Part shown: positions 8,141 through 17,400 of the stretch, in pieces | Position numbering within the stretch: position 1 is the stretch's first letter | Layout: each line of letters starts with the position of its first letter | Notes under the pieces: model-generated | What the model was told of the DNA's origin: nothing | The model's input: the letters and a program-made list of their open reading frames with translations, nothing else | Database searches by the model: none | Assembly: GCA_937884385.1 (NCBI GenBank) | Contig: CALGCW010000123.1 | Location: 580 to 64,579 of the forward strand | Length of the DNA: 64,000 bases | Source of the DNA: an uncultured Clostridia bacterium | Lineage (GTDB): Bacteria; Bacillota; Clostridia; Oscillospirales; CAG-272 | Direction of reading: 5' to 3' | Made by a program: the position numbers and the translations under genes

Positions 8141-9499
8141 TTAGAAGTTGAAGTATCTGAGTGCGTTATGATAGCAGATGCCGGAAACGATCTCTGTAAG
8201 TCTATCCAAATCCGCAGGATATTCTCCCTCCTCGACCCATTTGCCGATGAGGTTGCAAAGTATCCTTCTGAAGTACTCGTGTCGAGGATAGGAAACAAAG
8301 GAACGGCTATCGGTAAGCATACCGACAAATCTTGCAAGCATACCAAGGTTAGCAAGCGCCTGCATCTGCGCTTCCATACCGTCTCTCTGATCGTTGAACC
8401 ACCAGCCGGAGCCGAACTGGATCTTACCTGCAACGGGTGCCTTCTGGAAGTTGCCGAGCATCGTGCCGAGAACGTAATTGTCCTTGGGATTGAGTGTATA
8501 AAGGATGGTCTTTGGAAGAACGTCTCTATATTCAAGGCTATCCATAAACTTGGAAAGGTTCTCTGCTATGCAAAGGTCGTTGATAGAGTCAAAGCCAACG
8601 TCTGCACCAAGCTTTTCATACATCCTTCTGTTGTTATTACGAAGCGCGCCGATGTGGAGCTGCATTGCCCAACCGAGTCTTGTGTATTCCTCAGCGCAAA
8701 CCGTAAGCATCGCTGTCTTGAACGCGTCGATCTCCTCGTTAGTTAGTTCTCCGCCTGCCATTCTCTTGTTGAACGCCGCTTCAGCGTCGCCTTCACCGTA
8801 AGGAACGTATTCAAGCGCGTGGTCGGAAAGACGGCAGCCGTGATCGTGGAAATACTGAATTCTTGCTCTCATCCAAGCTTCAAGCTCAGAATAAGTCTTA
8901 ACACCCGTCTGCTCTATATAAGGAACAAAGGTCTCTTTTCCGATCTCAACAGCCTTATCGGGACGGAATGTGGGCAAGATCTTTGTTGAAAAGTCCTTAA
9001 GCTGCTCGTGATATTCAAGCGTATCAAGGGGATCGTCGGTCGTACAAATGATCGCAACGTTTGAACGCTTGATAAGATTCTGCGCACGGTATTCTTCCTT
9101 TGCAAGACATTCGTTTACTCTGTTCCAGATCCTCTCGCAGCTCTCTTCGTTGAGAGTTTCGTCGATATCAAAATATCTCTTAAGCTCGAGATGCGTCCAA
9201 TGATAAAGAGGGTTGCCGATAAGATAAGGAAGCGTTCTTGCAAAAGCCTTGAACTTTTCATATTCGTCAGCGCCACCCGTTATATACTCCTCATCAACAC
9301 CGTTCGTTCTCATCTGACGCCACTTGTAGTGGTCACCGCCGAGGAAGAGATCAAATGCATTTCTGAACTGATAGTTCTCTGCTATCATCTTGGGAGAAAG
9401 ATGGCAGTGATAGTCAATAATGGGAAGATCCTTTACAGCCGCATAAAGCTTTCTTGCTGTTTCGGTTTTAAGCATAAAATTATCGTTAATAAAACTCAT
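8141..9499 (-). CDS. uxaC: Glucuronate/galacturonate (uronate) isomerase
   Basis: N-terminus FMLKTETARKLYAAVKDLPIIDYHCHLSPK and later GDHYKWR are hallmark UxaC blocks. Its start overlaps the uxaA stop (ATGA). Confidence 0.9.
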   Translation of the reverse strand: MSFINDNFMLKTETARKLYAAVKDLPIIDYHCHLSPKMIAENYQFRNAFDLFLGGDHYKWRQMRTNGVDEEYITGGADEYEKFKAFARTLPYLIGNPLYHWTHLELKRYFDIDETLNEESCERIWNRVNECLAKEEYRAQNLIKRSNVAIICTTDDPLDTLEYHEQLKDFSTKILPTFRPDKAVEIGKETFVPYIEQTGVKTYSELEAWMRARIQYFHDHGCRLSDHALEYVPYGEGDAEAAFNKRMAGGELTNEEIDAFKTAMLTVCAEEYTRLGWAMQLHIGALRNNNRRMYEKLGADVGFDSINDLCIAENLSKFMDSLEYRDVLPKTILYTLNPKDNYVLGTMLGNFQKAPVAGKIQFGSGWWFNDQRDGMEAQMQALANLGMLARFVGMLTDSRSFVSYPRHEYFRRILCNLIGKWVEEGEYPADLDRLTEIVSGICYHNALRYFNF

Positions 9500-10866
9500 A
9501 ACGTCACACCGTCCTTAAATATTGAAATTTCTCTGTATGAGTGAAGCTCATTTTTAGTCTGCTCACCCTCAGCTACTCTTATTATATAGTCAAAAAGCTC
9601 GTTTGTCAAGGGATTACCCGTAAGCGTGGGAGAAGCATCAAAATCTATCCAATTTGATTTTCTTTGTGCAAGCGAGTGATTTGTCGCGATCTTAACTGTA
9701 GGAACCGGTCCTCCAACGGGAGTTCCGCGTCCTGTTGTGAAAAGAATCATATGCACGCCTGCCGCAGTAAGATTTGTAATAGCAACTATATCGTTTCCGG
9801 GGCCGTTAAGAAGCGAAAGACCGTTTTTAGAGATCACGTCGCCGTAATCAAGCACGTCTACGACCTTGGAAAGTCCGCCCTTTTGAATACAACCAAGGCT
9901 CTTTTCCTCAAGAGTGCTTATACCGCCCTTCTTATTTCCGGGAGAAGGATTTTCGTATATCACTTGGTTATGTCTCGTGTAGTAATCCTTGAAATCATTG
10001 ATAAGCTTAACGCATTTATCAAATATCTCCTCATTCTCCGCGCGCGCCATCAAAAGATGCTCCGCACCGAACATTTCAGGCACTTCGGTAAGAACACAGC
10101 TTCCGCCGTGAGCGATCACTTTGTCAGAAAGGCGTCCAACGAGAGGATTTGCAGTTATACCGCTGTAGCCGTCGCTACCGCCGCACTTAAGACCTATTTT
10201 GAGCTTACTTACAGGCACGGGCTGGCGCTCAAAGGTCGCCGCATAATCCTGAAGCTCGCGAACGAGGCGTACTCCTTCAGCAACGTCATCGTCAAAGTCT
10301 TGTGCATTGAGGAACTTAACGCGCTTTTCATCAGTATCGCCGAGTACCTTTTTAAATACGTCGATATTGTTATTCTCACAGCCGAGTCCGAGAACGAGTA
10401 CACCGCCCGCATTGGGATGGTTCACAAGACCGCGAAGGACGAGCTGTGTTGTGGTCTGATCGTCACCGAGCTGTGAGCATCCAAAGGGGTGCGGAAAATG
10501 AAGTGCGCCCGTTTCCTTTGCTATCTGCTCTGCAACCTTATTCACACAGCCAACCGTCACAACGATCCAAACGTCATTTCTTATACCTACGTCTCCGTTT
10601 TCACGAACGTAGCCCATAAACGTGCGGCTCTTATCCTCTTGCCCGATATCGTAGAAGTGTGGCTCGTACTTATATTCAAGATTGCCCGAAAGGTTCGTCT
10701 TGATATTGTGATTATGCACGTGCTCACCCTTTTTGATGTCAACAACGGAGTGTCCGATGGGATTGCCGTATTTTATTATATTTTCACCCGCCTTGATGTC
10801 ACGGAGCGCATATTTGTGTCCGTCATCAAGGTTGATATCAACGTTGTCAAGCTTATTAATCAACAT
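9496..10866 (-). CDS. uxaA: Altronate dehydratase
   Basis: An N-terminal SAF-like domain (HKYALRDIKAGENIIKYGNPIGH...HVHNHNIKTNL) is followed by a UxaA/GarD dehydratase body. It lies between uxaB and uxaC. Confidence 0.85.
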   Translation of the reverse strand: MLINKLDNVDINLDDGHKYALRDIKAGENIIKYGNPIGHSVVDIKKGEHVHNHNIKTNLSGNLEYKYEPHFYDIGQEDKSRTFMGYVRENGDVGIRNDVWIVVTVGCVNKVAEQIAKETGALHFPHPFGCSQLGDDQTTTQLVLRGLVNHPNAGGVLVLGLGCENNNIDVFKKVLGDTDEKRVKFLNAQDFDDDVAEGVRLVRELQDYAATFERQPVPVSKLKIGLKCGGSDGYSGITANPLVGRLSDKVIAHGGSCVLTEVPEMFGAEHLLMARAENEEIFDKCVKLINDFKDYYTRHNQVIYENPSPGNKKGGISTLEEKSLGCIQKGGLSKVVDVLDYGDVISKNGLSLLNGPGNDIVAITNLTAAGVHMILFTTGRGTPVGGPVPTVKIATNHSLAQRKSNWIDFDASPTLTGNPLTNELFDYIIRVAEGEQTKNELHSYREISIFKDGVTL

Positions 10867-12139
10867 TTTTTATCTCCTCTGAAAGGAAGGAAAGATCCTG
10901 TCCCCAAAGTGCTTCATTGGCAAGTATCTCATCTACACTGTGCTCTCTCATAAACACAACGACCTCAGGCGCGTCCTGGGGCATATCGGTCTTGTAGAAC
11001 TCGATAAGCTTTGCAAAAGCAAATATAAGTGTCTTAGGCATCTTGCCGTATCTCTTTATGTATTCAAGAATTGAAGGAAGAACTCTTACCTTGAATTTGC
11101 TTACAGAATTAAGAGAGATCGCGGAAAGATAGTGCTTGATATAGGGGTTGCCAAATCTTTCAACAACGCTGTTAGCATATGCGATAAGCTCATCGTGAGG
11201 AAGATCGAGCGTCGGGCAGATCTCATCAAAAACGCACCTTCTGAGGTGGGCACACATTCTTTCGTCGTCGATGCAGCTCTTTACTGTGTCAAATCCCTCA
11301 AGCATCGCGTAAGGAACGAGAGACGTGTGCGCACCGTTAAGGATACGTACCTTTCTCGTTCTGTACATTTCGAGCTTATCGGGTGTGACGATAACGTTAA
11401 GACCTGCGGATGCGAAAGGAAGCTCACTTTCAAGGTCATAATCAGTTTCAATTACCCAAAGATGGAAGAATTCACTCGTGTTGAGCATATTGTCCACATA
11501 ACCAAGTCCAAGATCCTCACCTCTGGGGAATCCCGTATTGATCCTGTCAACAAGCGTGTTCGTGAACACGTTTTCTTTCTCTACCCAAGCCTTAAAGTCT
11601 TCTCCAAGCTTCCAAAGGTCAGCATACTGAAGGATGCATTTTTTAAGATTGTCGCCGTTTCTGTCAATAAGTTCACAAGGAAGGAAGATAAATCCTCGAA
11701 GTCCGAGGTCATATCTTCTCTTAAGAAGCAGCGTCACCTTTGCAGGAAAGCTCTTCGGGGGTGTATCAGTGATCTTGTCATCAGCGGAAAAAACTATGCC
11801 CGACTCTGTGGTGTTTGAGACCACGAAACGAAAATCGGGATTTTCCGCAAGAGCAAGATATGCATCAAAATCATCATATGGCTTTACACAGCGGGATATA
11901 ACGTCGACCACCGTCTTATCAACGCCCTCAACACCGCGGATTACGTGCGTGTACACGCAATTCTGGGCAGAAAGAAGGTCGCACATTCCCTGTTCTATGG
12001 GCTGAACCACAACTACGTTACCGTTAAAATCGGAGCTCTCATTGACCTTTTGAAGCATCCAATCCACAAATCCGCGAAGAAATCCGCCTTCGCCGAACTG
12101 AATAACTCTTTCAGGTCTGCTTACTTTTTTAAAATCCAT
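10856..12139 (-). CDS. uxaB: Tagaturonate reductase (altronate oxidoreductase), mannitol dehydrogenase family
   Basis: The N-terminus ERVIQFGEGGFLRGFVDW is typical of UxaB/mannitol dehydrogenase family proteins. It is the first gene of a uxaB-uxaA-uxaC operon with overlapping junctions. Confidence 0.8.
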   Translation of the reverse strand: MDFKKVSRPERVIQFGEGGFLRGFVDWMLQKVNESSDFNGNVVVVQPIEQGMCDLLSAQNCVYTHVIRGVEGVDKTVVDVISRCVKPYDDFDAYLALAENPDFRFVVSNTTESGIVFSADDKITDTPPKSFPAKVTLLLKRRYDLGLRGFIFLPCELIDRNGDNLKKCILQYADLWKLGEDFKAWVEKENVFTNTLVDRINTGFPRGEDLGLGYVDNMLNTSEFFHLWVIETDYDLESELPFASAGLNVIVTPDKLEMYRTRKVRILNGAHTSLVPYAMLEGFDTVKSCIDDERMCAHLRRCVFDEICPTLDLPHDELIAYANSVVERFGNPYIKHYLSAISLNSVSKFKVRVLPSILEYIKRYGKMPKTLIFAFAKLIEFYKTDMPQDAPEVVVFMREHSVDEILANEALWGQDLSFLSEEIKNVD

Positions 12140-12280
12140 AATAGAATCCTCCTGTAATTAGACAGTAATAAATATCAAAAAAATCTTGTTGGCGGATAAA
12201 TAGATAAACACCGCCATATTTATTTTATACCTATATTAAAATATCCGCCTTAAAATATTTGCATATTTTGCTAAACTATC

Positions 12281-12309
12281 TTGATTTTTTTGATATTATG
12301 TGCTACAAT
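12281..12309 (+). promoter_or_regulatory. Putative sigma-A-type promoter for the AraC-family regulator gene
   Basis: TTGATT (12281-12286), a 17-nt spacer, then TACAAT (12304-12309) preceded by TGc (extended -10). It lies about 30 nt upstream of the ATG at 12339. Confidence 0.45.
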
Positions 12310-12338
12310 GATTTCACTGCTTTTATTCGAGGTGGACT

Positions 12339-13169
12339 ATGAGCACAAAATTATTACCAAATATAGATGATTTTTATTTTCATCACGTTGAGAACAGGAC
12401 CTGCTCCAATTCAACTCAACACTATCATTCCGGATTTGAAATATACTATATGAAGGAGGGCAAGTGCCATTACTTCATCGATGATATATCCTACGATATC
12501 GTCTCCGGTGACGTTATCCTCATCCCTGCCAACACCCTGCATGGCACTACTTACGGATCCAAGCCCTGCACAAGGCTGCTTATCAACGTTCAGGATAGCT
12601 TTGTATCAAAGGAAATACTTGCCCGCGCTTCTGCACTCAACCATCAATACCGAAACAAATCAACGCTTTCACAGGTCGATGACATTTTTTCTCATATCGA
12701 GCAAGAATATACAAAGGGTGATTCCCTTTCCGCGGAGGCTCTCAGATGCTACACCGAGGCGCTTTTCATTCTTATGATACGAAACCAAAGCGAGAAGGTC
12801 AATAACGAGAGAAATACCATAGTCGGTGCCGCGATCAAATACATACAGGAAAACTATATGTCTACCATCAGACTTGCAGATGTGGCAAAGCTCCTCTCCG
12901 TCAGCGAGGAGCACCTGTCAAGAACATTCAAAAAGGAGACTACCTTTGGCTTTAACGAATACGTGACGCTCATCCGCCTTCAAAAGGCAGAGCATATGCT
13001 CAAAAACGAACCGAGCCGCGCTATAACCGAGGTAGCCTATGCCTGCGGCTTTAACGATAGCAACTATTTCTCATATAAATTCAAGAAAGCCTTTGGAAAA
13101 ACGCCTACAGAGGTGCGCGACGGAAGTCTCATCCCCGTTGCTCCAAACGGACCGAATCATACAAACTAA
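12339..13169 (+). CDS. AraC family transcriptional regulator (cupin sensor + HTH)
   Basis: An N-terminal cupin-like domain (HYHSGFEIYY...GDVILIP) is followed by C-terminal dual HTH blocks (LADVAKLLSVSEEHLSRTFKK...GFNDSNYFSYKFKKAFGKTP). Confidence 0.85.
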   Translation: MSTKLLPNIDDFYFHHVENRTCSNSTQHYHSGFEIYYMKEGKCHYFIDDISYDIVSGDVILIPANTLHGTTYGSKPCTRLLINVQDSFVSKEILARASALNHQYRNKSTLSQVDDIFSHIEQEYTKGDSLSAEALRCYTEALFILMIRNQSEKVNNERNTIVGAAIKYIQENYMSTIRLADVAKLLSVSEEHLSRTFKKETTFGFNEYVTLIRLQKAEHMLKNEPSRAITEVAYACGFNDSNYFSYKFKKAFGKTPTEVRDGSLIPVAPNGPNHTN

Positions 13170-13188
13170 AGAAAGCTAAGGAAATAAT

Positions 13189-14169
13189 ATGTCAGATATA
13201 ATTTTTGCGATCAACGCGGTTCTGCCCATAATTTTAATGATAGTAGTGGGCTATTTTCTCAAAAAAATAGGGTTGTTGCAGGAAGACACCGCAAAAAAAC
13301 TCAATACGCTCGTTTTCAGGGTCTTCTTGCCCGTTATGCTCTTTTTGAATGTTTATAAAATAAACAATCTCGCGGATATAGACTTCACCTTCGTTTTTTA
13401 TGCGGTGGGAATAACCGTACTTCTGTTTTTGATCGGCGTTCCCGTGATGCACGTGCTATTTAAGGACAACAAGCAAAGAAGCGTTATGCTTCAAGGAATT
13501 TTCCGCGCAAATTATGCACTCGTGGGAATTCCTCTTGCAGAGTCGCTTTTTGGTGCGGAAGGAAGTATTATGGCTTCCCTTCTTTCGGCGTTCGTTGTTC
13601 CCGTGTTTAATATTCTTGCGGTTATCTGCCTCACGATCTATTCTGCAGGAGACAAAAAGCCTAGCATCTCGGGAGTTTTTAAGGGTATTGCCAAAAACCC
13701 CCTCATTCAGGGCATCGCCTGCGGTCTCGTTGCTCTCTTTATCCGCCATATATTCGTAATGTCGGATATCAGCTTCAGACTTTCGGATCTTACCCCCATA
13801 TACAAGGTGCTTAATAATCTTTCTTCCATCGCGACACCACTCTCGCTTCTTGTGCTTGGAGCAAGATTTGAGCTCTCTGCCATTCCCACCTTGAAAAAGC
13901 AGATCATTCTTGCCACCATCAATAGAGTAATTATCGTTCCGATCATAGGTATCTCCATCGCGGTAATGATGGACCGTTTCAGCGGCGCACAGTTTGCAAG
14001 CTTCGTTGCCTGCTTCTGTACCCCCGTCGCGGTCTCAAGCGTGCCTATGTCACAGGAGATGGGCGCTGATGCGGACCTTATGGGTCAGATCGTTGTTTGG
14101 ACTACGGTCTTCTCTGCCTTCAGCATCTTTATCGCGTCTTACGTATTAAGGGTTTTGGGCATTTTTTAG
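13189..14169 (+). CDS. AEC (auxin efflux carrier) family transporter
   Basis: 326 aa with about 10 hydrophobic helices in two halves. The N-terminus (AINAVLPIILMIVVGYFLKK) and length fit AEC/malate-permease-like carriers. Confidence 0.75.
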   Translation: MSDIIFAINAVLPIILMIVVGYFLKKIGLLQEDTAKKLNTLVFRVFLPVMLFLNVYKINNLADIDFTFVFYAVGITVLLFLIGVPVMHVLFKDNKQRSVMLQGIFRANYALVGIPLAESLFGAEGSIMASLLSAFVVPVFNILAVICLTIYSAGDKKPSISGVFKGIAKNPLIQGIACGLVALFIRHIFVMSDISFRLSDLTPIYKVLNNLSSIATPLSLLVLGARFELSAIPTLKKQIILATINRVIIVPIIGISIAVMMDRFSGAQFASFVACFCTPVAVSSVPMSQEMGADADLMGQIVVWTTVFSAFSIFIASYVLRVLGIF

Positions 14170-14174
14170 AGATA

Positions 14175-14207
14175 AAAAAGGGACTTTTTGATAAAGTCCT
14201 TTTTTTG
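14175..14207 (+). terminator. Rho-independent terminator after the AEC transporter gene
   Basis: AAAGGGACTTT ... AAAGTCCTTT stem followed by TTTTTTG. Confidence 0.6.
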
Positions 14208-14325
14208 TTTGAATTTTTAATGAACAAGCATTGTGCAAAATATCAAAAAATGCCCTCATCTTTTTGTGATAATGTTAGAAAATGCGGTTTTTGGTTTATT
14301 TTTAATAAAAACCACTTATATTTTC

Positions 14326-14354
14326 TTGCTTTTTATATTCAATTGTGATAAAAT
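14326..14354 (+). promoter_or_regulatory. Putative promoter of the pectate lyase gene
   Basis: TTGCTT (14326-14331), a 17-nt spacer, then TAAAAT (14349-14354) preceded by TGa (extended -10). Confidence 0.35.
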
Positions 14355-14416
14355 ATGGATAATGGAATAATATTATTTAATATTTCAAATTCAACAATAA
14401 ATTATGGAGGAACTCT

Positions 14417-17400
14417 ATGAAAACAAAGCTCAAAACCAAGCTTATGTCATTGTTGCTTGCAGTGCTTTTGCTGCTCCCCACAATGATGCCCGTAATCGGT
14501 ATCTTTGCAGAAGAAGATATCACCACTTACGTGCTTGAAGCTAATGAATTGTCGACCTTCGCACCCGGAAAGCCGGACGGAACCACTGAGGTGGCAGGTA
14601 CGGACAGATTCTTTACCTTGCACTACAGTGCCAAATCAAAAGTAGACACAAGTAAAAACAAGGTGTGGGACGATGGTTACGGCAACCCCGATCCCGAAGT
14701 ATCTGTACACAGAATCAACCTTCAGGGCAAAATGTCCGTAGGCGAGGTTATCAAAAACTGCATTTCCTTTAAGACTCAGGGTGCAGCAACCGTCAAGATC
14801 TGGTGGGTATGCGGCGGTGACGGACGTGAATTCGGTATTGCCGATGCTGAAGGCACCGTAATCACCCAAACGAATGATTCACCCACAAACGGAACGCTCT
14901 ATATTTCCGAAATGTCCATCTCCTCCGAGGGTCAATACTACCTCGGCGGCTTGGAAGGTAATAACTACATCTTCAAGGTCGAAGTAACTACAAAAACACT
15001 TGATAAGGGTCCCCGTGCAGATTGGTCCACGGTCGAAGCTCCCACTATCTCCTCCGTAACTACAAACGCAGCAGGTAAGGTAGAGGTCAATGCAAACGGA
15101 TTTGTAGATCATCACGGTGCTGACTACCTTGAATTCCGCCTTCTCGACAAGGACGGCAAGGTCATCTCTTACGTAAGATCCAATTCCGCGGAAACACAGC
15201 ACGCAAGAACCTTCTCTCCCTATGAATCGGGCGATTATTCCGTTCAGGTAGCGCTCGTTCGCGAAGGCGAAATGGAAAAGGCTTCCGAAGTGCTTCCCTA
15301 CAGCTTTGTTCTTCCTCTTGGTACTCCCTATATCACTAACGTTAACAACCTCGGCGGCGGAAGCGTCCACATCGTTTGGAACCCCGTTCTTGAGGCAGAG
15401 ACGTACGAAATAACGGTAAACGACGGTGAACCCTTTACAACAGAAGCACGCGATCTTACGCTTGAAGGTCTTTCATTGGGCGAAAACACTATCCAGATCA
15501 CCGCTATCCGCGGTTCTGAAAGCGTTGCCGCAAACCCCAAAACGTTTACTGTCACCGAAGCAGCACAGATAGGCTGGAACTATACACTTTACGGTCCCGG
15601 TGCAAAGCCCGCTAACAACTCTTGCACAGTAAACAAAGACGGAACCGTCACTATAAAATCCGAGAATAACGGCGGTAAGCTTCAGCCTCAGTCCTATAAC
15701 GGTCTTGGCTTCTACTACACCGCAGTTCCCTCAGACGTTAACTTTACCTTCCGCGGAACTATCCACGTTGACAGCTGGGTATTCACTAACGGACAGGAAG
15801 GCTTTGGTCTTATGGTATCCGACCACGTTCCCTCATTCGATTACGATTCGAGTGAGACGTTCCTTACCAACTCCTATCAGGCAGTATCCACCAAGATCGA
15901 GTATAAGTATCTCGTTGACGAAGAGGGCAACTATTATATGAATACCACCGCTTCTCCCGTAGGTACAAAGTACACGATGAAGCTCGGTATAGGCACCATC
16001 TCCAAAACAGGCGTTACACCCGACGCGCTCAATAAGCAGGCTCTTCTCGGTGATAACGAGCAGATCATCTTCGGCGGTAATGGCTATCTTAAGACTGTAC
16101 TTCAGTCCTTTGAAAGAAGCGCAGGCTTCTGCAATCTTGATGCCGGCACATACAACATAATCGGCAACTGGCAGGGTGATACTCCCGAAGGAACACTCGA
16201 TGAGGAATATATCATCACCGATATCACCTTTGAGATCACAAAGAACAACACAGGCTACTTTATTACATACTTCGGCCGTGAGGGCGAGGTATTGCTCAAG
16301 AACTATTACGACTGTGAAGAAGGAAAGGATTACACAGATTACGAAAATGTATCCGACTACGATCCCCTCGCACAGTTCGACAGTGACTATGTATATATCG
16401 GTATGTTCGCTGCTCGCTATGCAACAGTCACCTTCTCCGACTTTACTCTTACTCTCAGAGACAAGGAAGAAGACCCGGAGCCCGAAGAAAGACCTATCGA
16501 ATACATCACTCCCACTATCACAGTTACTTCCTCCAACAACATCTCCACACCCAACTACGAGCTTGTTGCAGACTCCAATGTGGACGGTTGGATCGAGGTC
16601 AAGGTTAACAACAGAGTTATCCTCGAAAATCAGCCCATTAGGAAATATGAGCGCTTCACAAAGATTTTTGACCTTAGTGAAATCATCTCTCTCGGTGAAA
16701 ACGCTATTATCGTAAGCTTCAAGGCAGATCCCGACCAGGAGCTTGAGCAGTTCACAAAGCTCGAAAAATTGGATGCAGAGGCGTACGAAGACGTACTCAC
16801 CTACTTCAAGGGCTCATATCATACTAAAACCATCTACGTTTCTCCCACGGGTGTTTATAACGGCAACGGCACAAGAGAGCATCCATACGACCTCTATACT
16901 GCTGTAAACTGCGTTATCCCCGGTCAGACCATCGTTCTTATGGAGGGTACTTACATCCTTAAGCAGGGCCTCAGAATTCAAAGAGGTATGAACGGTACGC
17001 AGGAAAATCCCATCCGCTTGATCGCTGACCCCGAGGCAGAAACAAGACCCGTGCTCGACTTTAATAACGAAGGCACCGGTATTACACACGGAGGCAACTG
17101 GTGGTACTTCTACGGCTTTGACGTGACCAACACAAGCGTTCAGCTTGCATCCAAGGGCTTCCAGATCTCCGGTAATAACAACGTAGTTGAAAACGTTCAC
17201 GCATATAAGAACGGTAATACAGGTATTCAGATCAGCCGTTATCACACCGCTGATATGTATAAGGAGCAGTGGCCTGCTAACAACCTCATCCTCAACTGTG
17301 AGTCCTGGGGCAACGCAGACCAGGGAGGCGAGGACGCAGACGGCTTCGCAGCTAAGCTCACTATCGGTGAAGGCAACGTATTCGACGGATGCGTAGCCCA

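Noticed and set aside
8092-8746. ORFs 8092-8535 (-) and 8132-8746 (+) overlapping uxaC
   Set aside because: These are alternative frames of the uxaC region. UxaC is clearly the real product, and these translations are R/S-rich or motif-less.
14097-14348. 83-aa plus-strand ORF
   Set aside because: It spans the end of the AEC gene, its terminator and the promoter region of the pectate lyase gene. It is AT-rich and has no RBS.
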